64,000 bases of DNA from Octopus vulgaris (Eukaryota), in the NCBI GenBank assembly GCA_951406725.2, contig OX597815.1, forward strand, positions 17,670,001-17,734,000, given 5' to 3'. A model generated the notes under the pieces. It had not been told where the DNA came from, did not search any database, and saw only the letters and a list, made by a program, of their open reading frames with translations. A program made the position numbers and the translations under genes. The number at the start of each line of letters is the position of its first letter. Position 1 is the stretch's first letter. Shown here one piece after another: positions 12,381 to 23,706 of the stretch.

Positions 12381-12680
12381 TTCTGTTGTGTCTGGGGAGA
12401 GTCATTTTCTTTGTGTGCCTTGTAGTGTAACACACTCACCGGTAAAATTTTCACTTTTTTTTTTATTTTTATTTCCCTAAAATTTTTGTTGCGTCTTGCA
12501 ACCTTTTCAATAGTTTTGACTAGGAAAATAAAAATAATAAAAAAGTGGAAATTTTACTGGTGAGTGTGTTACACTATAAGGCTCAAAAAGAGAATGACTC
12601 TCCCCAGACACAACAGAATATGCTTCAACACACGAACTCATATAAAGAATCTTGCAAACCAAATCCAAAAACGAAATATT
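12381..12680. mobile_element. Family 5 hammerhead-like element folded as an inverted repeat (arms 12381-12479 and 12521-12618)
   Basis: TCTGGGGAGAGTCATTTTC...CACACTCACCGGTAAAATTT. Further copies at 19415-19605, 22080-22202 and 56112-56212. The motif at 12477-12513 on the minus strand has G12>A. Confidence 0.75.
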
Positions 12681-12709
12681 ACAGGTTAAATTTTAATATA
12701 ACTCCATTA

Positions 12710-12910
12710 GGTGGTGAGCTGGTAGAACTGTTACTGCATCGAGCAAAATGCTTAGAGGCATTTTGTCTGTCTTTACATTCTGAGTTCAAATTCTGCTAAG
12801 GTTGACTTTACCTTTCATCCTTTCAGGGGTGATAAAATAAGCACCACTTGACTACTGGGGGGGTCAATCTAATTGACTTACCCCCTTCCCCCAAATTGCT
12901 GGGCTTGTGC
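12710..12910 (+). mobile_element. SINE family B (decayed)
   Basis: GGTGGTGAGCTGGTAG...GAGTTCAAATTCTG...CTTTCATCCTTTCAGGGG. Confidence 0.8.
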
Positions 12911-14139
12911 ATGCTTTACTTTGATAATTGATCAAACAACATTCAACTATGTTTCCTTAAAGGTTTTCGGATTATTCAGTATTTTATACTTCAGTGATAA
13001 GCTACAGTTTCTTTACCAAAAATTCCACATTCTGACAAACCAAAAGAACAAAGGAAATTTGTATATGGCATTTGTTGGTTTTAACACAGGGGCAACTATG
13101 TGGTTAAGATGTTTGCTTTACAGCCCCAAGGTTTCAGGCTTAGTCCCACTGCACAACACCTTGGGCTGTAGTCTTCTACTATAGGCCTGAAATGACTAAA
13201 ACCTAGTAAGTGGATTTCGTAAGAAGCTTGGAATCTGTGTGCTTGCTTATGTTTGTACTTCTCTGAAAGTCATTGAGCTACAAGTGGTGACATTGTGGTC
13301 TCTTGTCAACAATCAACCATTGACTTTGTGCCGTTGAAGACACGTGGAATAAGAGGTTCCTTACTTGAAAAACAGGCTAGGGTTTGTGCTAGGAATGGGA
13401 TCCAGTTGCAGAGCAATACCTAAATAATATACTTATCTAACTCATGCTAACATAGAAAAAAACAAATGTAAAAAGTAAAAAAAAATGAATGAATAGTTAG
13501 TCTGAAGGAGAGTGTCCCATGTTAATTAAAATGGTTGTTGTTATCAAGTTAATTATGAAATATGAATATTGATTGTTTGGCAAAGGAACAAGACATCTTT
13601 GAAGTTTTGTACTAATGTGATAAACAGCTAATCCAGACCAGAGAGACAGCAAAGTTAAAAATTCATTGACTCCTAAAAATGAAGTGGCGGTGGGTGGGTG
13701 GTGGAGGTTGAATTCATACAACAAAGACTCCTACCATAATTATTCAACTAGATTATCACATCTCTTGTTTTCCGTTTCACTTGTCCTGTTCTCTTTAATT
13801 CCCCCAACTGACTTCGGTCCTGCCAGGCCGATTGTGTCAACAAGATAGCAAGCCAGTAAATTAGAACGAGTTATTAAATAAATATTATGAAAGATTTAAT
13901 GAAGAAAGGTTATTAAACAGTGTTTTTCAAAAACTGGCTCAATGTTGAGCAGCAACTAATAGCAAACACTAATATTTGAGAACAGTGATAAGATCACAGT
14001 TGGCAGTTTGCAATTTCCTTTGCGGTGAACTGGAAGTAAAATAGCAGCAAAACTAAAACATCTAATGGACCTTGAAATTAGCACTAACGAAATCTTGTCT
14101 GGCATTTTTAATTCTATCTGTATCTTTTATATCAATACA

Positions 14140-14625
14140 TAGAGCGGCTAACTGGCTTCTGTGCCAGTGGCACTTAAAAGGCACTATTTGAGCATGATTG
14201 TTACCAGCATCGCCTTACTGGCACTTGTTCCCATGCTAGTAGGGTGCCAAGAGCACCATCCGAGTGTGATCGTTGTCAGAGCAACCAACTGGCTTCCGTA
14301 GTCAACTAGTACTAGTAAAAGGGCACCATTCAAGCGTGATCGTTACCAACGTCGCTTCACTGGCACCTATGCCAGTGGCATGTGTAAAAAGATTCAAAGC
14401 GAGGTCGTTACCAGTACAGCCTGACTGGCCCCCCCGTGCCGGTGGCACATAAAAAGCACCCACTACACTCTCGGAGTGGTTGGCATTAGGAAGGGCATCC
14501 AGCTGTAGAAACTCTGCCAGATCAAGATTGGAGCCTGGTGCAGCCATCTCGTTCACCAGCCCTCAGTCAAAATCGTCCAACCCATGCTAGTGTGGAAAGC
14601 AGACGTTAAACGATGATGATGATGA
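14140..14625 (+). mobile_element. Family C retroposon with tandem subrepeats
   Basis: Repeated GCCAGTGGCAC/GTTACCAG units, then the family tail GACGTTAAAC(GAT)n. Confidence 0.85.
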
Positions 14626-15913
14626 CATACTATATTATCATGAGTTACATAGTAGCATCCCCAACTGGATGAAGTTGCTGGTTGATTTAAATGAGAATTG
14701 AACATATAACTAAGTCTCCATCTCTGCTGCAACATCTTTTTTTATTAAGTTGAACTCTGAAATTTCTAAGTCAACTGCCATAATATTCTTTAATAAATAT
14801 CATTGCTAATAAAAGTATTCTGACCAATTAAATATTCCTGTCTTATTGATATCAAAATATTTCTTCTAGTCATAAAGATGTGCAAGATTCCACATAGCTG
14901 TAGATTGTTTGGCCTGATTTTTATTATGGAATAGATTGCTTATGCCAGCCTTCACATTAAATTGCCATTCAAGAATTTGGACCTGGAGATCTCCATTTCC
15001 AGCGACTTCGAGGGTCACCTCCCAGTGGTGTCGGGCGTCAACGAAGAGCCCTTGACTACAAGACCAAAATTTTTCTTTTTCACCCCCAAGGTCTGGGGTC
15101 TCCTGCCCCTAAGCCCAAGACCATCACCTAATCACCCTTACCCGTCTTGTTGCGTAACAACAACAACAATCACATTAAATTCATAATGAAAAGTAGGGCT
15201 TGTCTCAAACTGAAAAGTTAAGCAACACAATTTGGGGTCACTGGGCAGAAGTTGAGTGACTGGCACAAATTTTCATTGCTTTCTTCAGGTCAGCTGAACA
15301 CATGACTATAACACAATCAGCTAGGTAAATACTTATCAGTTACATAGTGCTCCCACTCTTGACACTAAACAGCTGTATTAATTGTATCTATTTACAACTT
15401 GCTTAACTGAGTTAACAAGAGTATTTAAAATGAATATCACTGATTTGATGTGCATTTTAAACTTCATTTTACTGCTATGGGTTCTATAGGTTGGGAAACT
15501 GTCTTCCTATCTTCATCTGTTGTTCATCTTATTCAATTACTGTCAGTCTAAATTCTTGGGTGAAGTAATATCAACTTGTCTCTCTCTCTAACAAATCAAG
15601 GTTTATAAGTTAAATGTAATGGTGCAGTGATTAAAGTGTTAGGGTACAGGCCAACCTGACATATATACAACAGTTTCTTCTCTGGAGAAGAAAGGAAGTA
15701 CCCTTGGCCTTTGTAGGGCTAACTAGTCTATAGCTGAGCAGCTAGTTGTAGGAAAGGCACCAAACCTGTGAACACACATCATTCTAGCCAAGATGGTATG
15801 GAAAATATGTTGTAAAAAAAACAGGCGAAGAAAAAAACATATATACATATAATGTATATATTATGGCCATATCTCATAGAAAACACTGGTTCTTGTCTGA
15901 TTACCAAAGTTAA

Positions 15914-16498
15914 CCCTTTCGTTACCAACCCAGCTGAAACTGGCTCTGGCTCTTTAGTATAAACTAGCACTCTGACCCGGCGTTGCTGGGTCATAGTGCT
16001 AGTGCATGCATATACAGCTGCGTGCATGCACACTTACACACGAGTACTGTCCAAATCTCTGACCAATCACATACAGCTAGCTGGCATTCAATTAGCGTAT
16101 CAAGTTTCAGGCATTTTGATTGGGTTTTGGATAGAAAATTCACAAAAAAGTCACTCCTACTGATTTTTTAATGGCTTTGCAGGGTGACTGGGGAAATGTA
16201 AAGATGTGCACGACCACCCTTGGATGGTATTGAATGACCATAGAAAGCGCAAGCCCTCTAACTGAAAAATTGTGGATTTGTATAAAGGACACGCACACAG
16301 GCATTTTGCCATTTATATATAGAGAGATGTCTTGTTTTGATAAGTTTTGAATTCAAATCTTCCACCAAACCTTAGTCACAATTTATGTTCCTAACACTAA
16401 CTCAATGATAATGATGTTATTTTACTAAATTCTTGGTTATATTTAAAATAATTGAAAGAAACACAGAGCATCTCAAAATAAATACAGTAACAAAAGGG
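15914..16498. mobile_element. piggyBac-type MITE
   Basis: TTAA TSD at 15910-15913 and 16499-16502; termini CCCTTTCGTTAC / GTAACAAAAGGG. Confidence 0.85.
15964..16327 (-). mobile_element. Non-autonomous Helitron nested in the piggyBac MITE
   Basis: Minus strand 5' TCTCTCTATATATAAA, 3' hairpin GACCCAGCAACGCCGGGTC ending CTAG; inserted at A|T with no TSD. Confidence 0.8.
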
Positions 16499-17433
16499 TT
16501 AAGCAACATTGAGCCTAGTTAGTACTTAGATGGGTGACTGCTTGGGTGCTATAAACATCTGTAATTCCTCAGTAGCAGTGCTCCAGCATGGCCACAGCCT
16601 TAGAGCTGAAACATGTAAAAGAACAAAAGAATATATATATGTAAATGAGGACTCTCGTGATTTTATAGTAATAATCAGATGGCAGTTACATATTTTCCAG
16701 GACAGGAAGTTACTTTGTCATTGGTTGCATTCTTTGGTGATCGGTCACTACTAATAATCAACAAAGTAAGTTTTAGTAGCAACACTAAGTGCCTCACTTT
16801 TTCTATTGTTACACTCATTGTTCATTGTCCAGTCAGTTCTGGTGTAGATGACCTTCACAGTATTAAATAGCCGAGGTGTCAGTGTACTAAAAATAGTATG
16901 GACTTTTATCAGGTTTTTTTATAATAACTTAACTAAACAATATTCATTAGTTTTCCTTTCATTTGCTGAACATATTAATCTTAAAATCAACAGAGCATCT
17001 TCATAAAATTACAAGCATTATAAATAAATTTTCAAAGTTCTTATAAATAGTTTCATTTCAAATTGGTGTTATTATTTTTATTATATAATCTATCTAAAAC
17101 AGTATGTACTATTACAGTAAGAATAATAGTACTAGTCAATGAATATACTTCTGATTCTTCAAACCAACTAACAAACAATTAAACTAATTTGAAGAGTAAT
17201 TTCTCAATAATTAACATGCGATAGAATAGCCAACTTGACCATTTAGTATACACATACAGAGAGCATGTCTCGTGTAACGCTAACATAAGGAAACTCTTTT
17301 ACTTCTTTGTTATCTGAAAATTCTGTCATTTCCTTGTGATTAATTAAAAAGATATCTAATATTATGAAAGTAAAATGAATAAATAAGAAGATCTGATGTA
17401 AGGAAAATAATCTTTTATAATTCATTAAAGTTT

Positions 17434-17603
17434 AATAGAGCAGTTGTATACTGTAAACTTAACGTGACAGTCCCATAAAGAGAGTCACACCACCGCTATT
17501 TAGCCCTAGGAAGCATCAACGCTTCCTGTCGAGCTAAATAGTGGTGGTGTGACTCCCTTTATGGGACTCTCACGTTAAGTTGACAGTATACAACTGCTCT
17601 ATT
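17434..17603. repeat. ~80-bp-arm foldback hairpin
   Basis: AATAGAGCAGTTGTATACTGT...GGAAGC ATCAAC GCTTCC...ACAGTATACAACTGCTCTATT. Confidence 0.9.
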
Positions 17604-17805
17604 GTACCACTACTGTTTATATCTCTCTGAGATATTTAGAAATTTAAAATTTCTAATTTTATTTAAAGTTTAATAATTTTACAAAATGAAAATATATTCC
17701 ATAGTTGGATAAGTATTTAGGGAATATAATTCACTGTTGTAAGTGTTAAGTCTCTCTCTTGCGATGTATGTTAAAGAAATAAGGACAGACAGTAGATGCC
17801 CACGG

Positions 17806-17854
<49 letters not shown>

Positions 17855-17880
17855 TTTTATATACATATATATATATATCT

Positions 17881-17911
<31 letters not shown>

Positions 17912-18479
17912 GTAAAATTTGTTTGCCAACAGAATGTGGCAGTCCTATAAAGGACGGTGTTACTGTTGTTTTATTCCAGGAAAACATCTTTTCCAGCAGC
18001 TATTGACACACAGTTGGTGTCCATATAGCATTTTGCAAAGGAGATCATCACTCCCATCTCTCTCTAGCCTTACGGGATACTCACAGACCTAGGTTTCTGG
18101 GTGGTTACATGTCTTCAGTGTGAGACCATCACAAGCTAATGAAGAAAGTTCTCTCCACTTGCAAACACTATATATTCTTTAAGTGACACACAGTCACTGA
18201 TCTCGTATAGAGAAAAACAACTTGCCTTAAATCTCTGAGCAAGGGATATACAGTAACAGTACCGAATAGTAAATTTTATTTGCCGATAGAATATGGTAGC
18301 CCTATGAAGGACAATGTCCCTGTTGTTTTATACACACGCACACACATATCTTGGCTTGGCTTCGCTAACGAAGATTAAGCTGATAAGGCCAATGTGGGAT
18401 CAACATATCCAGTTGTAATGACATCAGAGGTAGGATTGTCCAGGGTTTGATGATACAGCTGCATTATATTTTCGCCTGT

Positions 18480-18755
18480 TGCCGTTGCCAGCGCCGCCTT
18501 GACCAGCCTCCGTGCCGGTGGCACGTAAAAAGCACCAACTGATCATGGCCGTTTACCAGCCTCATCTGGCACCTGTGCAGGTGGCATGTAAAAAGCACCC
18601 ACTATACTCACGGAGTGGGTGGCGTTAGGAAGGGCATCTAGCTGTAGAAACATTGCCAGATCAGACTGGGCCTGGCGCAGCCTTCTGGCTTCCCAGACCC
18701 CAGTTGAACCGTCCAACCCATGCTAGCATGGAAAACGGACGTTAAACGATGATGA
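18480..18755 (+). mobile_element. Family C retroposon
   Basis: Two GGTGGCACGTAAAAAGCACC units followed by the family tail. Confidence 0.85.
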
Positions 18756-18769
18756 ACGATGAAAGACAC

Positions 18770-19350
18770 TGTGAGAGATCTCAAAGAAGGAAACAGCATC
18801 GCTGATGGTATGGTGCCAAACAGTACGATCAGCTGTTAGAGTGGAGCATGCACGATAACCAATGTCACAAATGTTAAGGGACTGCTACAGGCAGTCCTTG
18901 TAATGCTTTTTTGGTGCCACCCCCCGTTGTGGTGGCCAGTGGTGAGCTCACTGTACATGATGATCTTGGGTAGCGAGTGGTCTTTCATACTGTCGATGCA
19001 CCCTGCCCAAAGTAGTTGTGTCACAAGTATAATGGCTTCCATGCAAGTGGCATTTGCTTGCTTGAGGACCTCAGTGTTGGTGATGTAGTCGCTCCGCTAG
19101 ACACTGAGGATGGTAGGAAGGTAGTATTAGTGAATACATAGAAGTCTGAGGTGACAGCGATAGGGGACCCACGACTCAGAATCGTATAAGAGCATCGAGA
19201 GGATGACAGCCTTGTAGACTGGCTTTTGTGCTGATATTAAAATGACTATTATTACACACTTGCTTGTGCAGTCTAACAATTGCTTTGTTTGCCTTTGCAA
19301 GTTTGTTGTCAATTTCTGTGTCGATACTAGCATCTCATGAAATGGTACAA
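18770..19350 (-). mobile_element. RTE/BovB-like LINE ORF2 C-terminal remnant
   Basis: VYKAVILSMLLYDSESW, ITNTEVL, QLLWAG and LPKIIMYSEL motifs, with frameshifts. Confidence 0.85.
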
Positions 19351-19380
19351 CCAAGAGAAGAGAACTGCTGTACTGACATC

Positions 19381-19414
<34 letters not shown>

Positions 19415-19418
<4 letters not shown>

Positions 19419-19605
19419 TGTTATGTCTGGGGAGAGTCATTTTCTTTTTGTGCCTTATAATGTAACACACACACACCGGTAAAATTTCCACTTATTTCTT
19501 ATTTTTATTTTCCTAAAATTTTCATTGCGACTTGCAACCTTTCCAATAGTCTTGACATGAACTCATATAAAGAATCTTGCAAACCAAATCCAAAAACGAA
19601 ATATA
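19415..19605 (-). mobile_element. Family 5 element with hammerhead-like motif (19513-19549)
   Basis: CTA-TTGGAAA-G GTTGC AAGTC GCAAT-GAAA-AT-TT-TAG, then a ~95-nt tail into (TA)n; (TA)n on both sides. Confidence 0.65.
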
Positions 19606-19780
19606 TATATATATGCGCCTGCGATCCACCTAAGTCACTGCTGGTGATATCAATTTTAAAATTTATCCACAGATGATATGAACAGTAGTGACATCTGATT
19701 TCAAATCTCAGTGTTTGTATGTTTTGCTTATATATACAAACACACACACATATATATATATATACACATATATACATGTA

Positions 19781-19817
<37 letters not shown>

Positions 19818-19899
19818 ATAACACACATATATATATATACAAATATATACATGATTATATACAAATATATACATGTTTATATACACACACACATATAAA

Positions 19900-19939
<40 letters not shown>

Positions 19940-20169
19940 GAAATAAGGTACTCAGAAATCTGGATGGTTTTATATTTACAGATTTTTATTAATATGTCAC
20001 ATGTTTTTATAAATCATATAACAGCGCTTGCATCCACTCTAGTAGACACTTCAGATTTGAATGTGTTTGAGATGATTCCTCTCTTTTTATAGTATTATTG
20101 AGTGTGTAGGGGTGGGAAGAGATGTAGGATAGCAAAAGAGGGTGAGGAATGGGGAGAAAGTGAAAGAAA

Positions 20170-20445
20170 GTGTGTGTGTGTGTGTGTGTCTGTGTATCTG
20201 AAAGGAGTGTCAATGGAAAAGAGAAGGAAAGAAAGAAGGAAGAGAGAAAGAAGAAAAAATTTGTTTACATCTTTACAGCTGGTCAGTTCTTTCAATAGAA
20301 AGTGATGAGTTGATTCTTGGCCTTTAAAAATGGTAAAACCAGGAGGTTACTCTGAGTGGGGTCTTGATAAAAGTTATTTTTCAAAGAATTGTCTGGATTT
20401 ATTATCATTGCCATCATCATTGTCCAGTGAGGGAGAGAGAGAGAG

Positions 20446-20490
<45 letters not shown>

Positions 20491-20770
20491 CTGTGTATCT
20501 GAAAGGTGTGTCAATGGAAAAGAGAAGGAAAGAAAGAAGGAAGAGAGAAAGAAGAAAAGAATGCGTTTACATCTTTACAGCTGGTCAGTTCTTTCAATAG
20601 AAAGTGATGAGTTGATACTTGGCCTTTGAAAGTGGCAAAACCAGGTGGCTACTCTAAGGATGGGGGACGGGTGTCTTGATAGAAGAAAAAAATATGTTTA
20701 CATCTAAAGAATCTGTTCAGGTCTTTCAACAGAAGATGACAAGTTGGTTAATAAAAGATGGCAGATGTGG
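20170..20770. repeat. Tandem duplication with ~300-bp period (two full units plus one partial)
   Basis: TGTGTATCTGAAAGG...GTTTACATCTTTACAGCTGGTCAGTTCTTTCAATAGAAAGTGATGAGTTGAT at ~20190 and ~20490; diverged third copy at ~20690. Confidence 0.85.
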
Positions 20771-21127
20771 AATCTGCAGTAGCTCCATCTACAAATATAT
20801 AGAGGGAAACAAACAAATAAAATTTAAGAGTGGTCACACATTCGCAGCCTCCGACAAGCTGGGGCATCCTTTTATGAAAAAATATTTCGCAAATGTTTAC
20901 AATACGACCCACACTCCACGCGCACCCTCTAGACCGATTTAGGCATATTATTGTTGTTTTCAATTTTGTTTACAATAATGTTTTCTTTTGACACATTCTA
21001 CCAGTATACGAAGTTTCAAATTGTTTAGTTAACTAGAAAATTCCGTCCATCAAAAGGAAAAGATCCCACACATATACATATATGTATAGACGCATATATA
21101 TATATGTACCCATATATATATATATAT

Positions 21128-21158
<31 letters not shown>

Positions 21159-21205
21159 CCTACATATATATATATATATACATGCATATATATACACTCA
21201 CATAT

Positions 21206-21238
<33 letters not shown>

Positions 21239-21339
21239 CATACATACATATATATATACACACATATATACATATATACACACACACATACACATATGTA
21301 TAAGTATATATACATATGAACAAATATATACATATATGT

Positions 21340-21373
<34 letters not shown>

Positions 21374-22024
21374 GCATATACTTATATATATATGTATATA
21401 TACATATGCCAATATATAAAGACACACACACATATATATGCATATATATATACATATATATATATGCATAGATACATTTATAAAGTTCGTTCTACACATA
21501 CATATGCAGATATATTTTTGAATGGGTAGAAGAGAGAGAGAAATGTAGAGAGTGAGAGAGAGAAATGTAGAGAGTGAGAGAGAGAAAGAGAGAGAGAGAG
21601 ATCATGAATCTGCATTTAAAATGGGCACAGGCATAGATAAGCTGTATGGAACGAGTTAGCATCTACCTACGTAGCTATCCACCTAGCTAACAACACTCTC
21701 TACGTCCACGGTGTTGTCGAGGTGAGAACATGGGAACGGCTTGGCAACCAGTAACCTCGCCCAAATGAAGTTGCAACCGATTTCGGACTTCACTAAGCCC
21801 TATAAATATATATATATATTATATATACAAATTGAGATAGGGGTTGTAAATGTAACCCTCTATGGGATAATGTATATCCAATATTCTGCTAGTGAAGTAC
21901 CCAACAAAGTTAATACATAAATGTTAATGATTGCGATGCAATCAATTCATTTACTGTATTATATGGGCAAAGGTAAAATGATTTACCACAAATTACTAAT
22001 ACAAGATAAGAAATGTTCTTATCT

Positions 22025-22081
<57 letters not shown>

Positions 22082-22227
22082 CTGGGGAGAGTCATTTTCT
22101 TTTTGTGCCTTATAATGCAACACACTCATCGGTAAAATTTCCACTTTTTCTGTGACATTAAAAGGCTCAAAAAGAAAATGACTCTTCCCCAGACAACAGA
22201 ATATTTTTCGTACTATAATAGTTCCCC

Positions 22228-22280
<53 letters not shown>

Positions 22281-23180
22281 CAAAAAAAGGGTAATAACAT
22301 AGATTACTACCAGTGGCCCAGCACAAAAGACGAATTAGTCATTACACAAAATACTATTCATATAGAAATATAATTAAGGGCTCCCAAATAAGGATGCCAA
22401 GTGCTAGGGACACAAATATATATATATATGCCTTCAGAAATTTTATTTAATACAGATGGAAATGGTGTTCACTAGGTATGAAGTGTTAAATCTTCGTTAC
22501 TCAAGTCGTAAAACAGACTATACACAAATTCATTAAGTACTATCAGAGTTAAACAAAGGGGGAAAAAATGTGCAAATCGCTGTTTCTGAGACTCAGTGTG
22601 TGTGCGTATACAGATATCTATTTAATAACGGAAATAAGGTCACCCCTACCCAGAGCTAGAGGTATGTATTAATTGGATATAAATGCAATGTCAAATATAT
22701 ATATATACATACATATATATATATATGAACATAGCCTGGGTGAGAGAGATAGTGAAGGGTGATTAGGTTGTTTTGCTGTATTTTACATTCTGTATGTGTT
22801 GTTTTTTTATATTCCTTTTCTTCTTCCAAAGTGTAAGGGTACGTAGCTACTGGTAACTTTGTCTCTGGATGTTGGACAGGTGCCAGGGATAGAATAAATA
22901 AGGGAAATAATACATGAGGTACGTCAACAGCGGACAACTTAGTTGTCTTTTGTTAGTTTTTATATATTTTTTTCTATGATGGTTTTTGTTATTCGACTTG
23001 GCACTAGAAAAAATAAAATATAAAAAAGGTCAACAACGGAAGTTTTGACGTGGCTGTAAATTCAGGCGGAACATAAACAAATCGATTTTTGTTTTGAAAA
23101 AAAAGAATGAAAGTAAATTAGAAACTTTTGTTTTTATTTCTCCCCTTTTAAAATACATGCTATAAAAATCAAATCGATAC

Positions 23181-23370
23181 CTTAACGATTTATAATAAAA
23201 ATTTATTTGACATATTACACCGGTTTTATCTATCTTTTTTTTAAATGTTTCTAACGATATAGATCCATCCGTTAGGTGAGTAAAAATGCCTGTAATTCCT
23301 TAGTCATCGAAGTTGTGCGGCGGCGGCGACTAAACAAAGAGAAATTAACCATGTTGAGAATGGAGGAGGA
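23181..23370 (-). other. Candidate upstream (5' UTR) exon of the minus-strand gene
   Basis: Donor AAG|GTATCG at 23181/23180; CAACATGG motif at ~23350 starting uORF MVNFSLFSRRRRTTSMTKELQAFLLT*; CpG-rich with an upstream CT-rich tract. The 5' boundary is unknown. Confidence 0.35.
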
Positions 23371-23374
23371 GGAG

Positions 23375-23524
23375 GAGAGAGAAGAGACAGAGAAAGAAGA
23401 ACCAAAGGTGAGAGAGAGAGAGAAGAGAAAGAGAAAGAAGAACCAAAGGTGGGAGAGAGAGAAGAGAAAGAGAAAGAAGAACCAAAGGTGGGAGAGAGAA
23501 GAGAAAGAGAAAGAAGAACCAAAG

Positions 23525-23556
<32 letters not shown>

Positions 23557-23628
23557 GAACGGAAGGCAGAAGCGAAGGGGTGAGAGAGAGAGAGAGAAGA
23601 GACAGAGAAAGAAGAACCAAAGGTGTGT

Positions 23629-23664
<36 letters not shown>

Positions 23665-23706
23665 GAACGGAAGGCAGAAGCGAAGGGGTGAGAGAGAGAG
23701 AGAGAG
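23375..23706. repeat. GA-rich minisatellite
   Basis: About five ~39-bp units (GA)n..GAAAGAAGAACCAAAGGTG and two AAGGTGAACGGAAGGCAGAAGCGAAGGGGT units. Confidence 0.9.

Larger units (their letters stand above)
11766..13462. repeat. Inverted duplication, ~150-bp arms (11766-11918 and 13310-13462)
   Basis: TTTTCTATGTTAGCATGAGTTAGATAAGTATATTATTTAGGTATTGCTCTGCAACTGG... matches the reverse complement of 13310-13462 at roughly 90% by eye. Confidence 0.85.
15859..16630 (+). mobile_element. 5S rRNA-derived SINE (SINE3-type) or 5S pseudogene, split by a MITE insertion
   Basis: 15859-15913 (TATGGCCATATCTCATAGAAAACACTGGTTCTTGTCTGATTACCAAAGTTAA) joined to 16503-16556 (GCAACATTGAGCCTAGTTAGTACTTAGATGGGTGACTGCTTGGGTGCT) reconstitutes metazoan 5S rRNA with CpG transitions. 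It is followed by the tail GTGCTCCAGCATGGCCACAGCC..GCTGAAAC. Confidence 0.85.

Noticed and set aside
14140-14460. Regularly spaced subrepeats resembling a CRISPR-like array
   Set aside because: They are internal degenerate tandem units of retroposon family C in a eukaryotic context, with no unique spacers or cas genes.
15289-15324. Plus-strand 36-nt AG..GT micro-exon
   Set aside because: No partner exons, opposite to the inferred gene, and expected by chance.
20018-20058. Degenerate hammerhead-like motif on the minus strand (CTGAAGT..GCAA GCGC T) before a (TA)n-linked tail
   Set aside because: The context fits, but multiple core mismatches make it too decayed to call.
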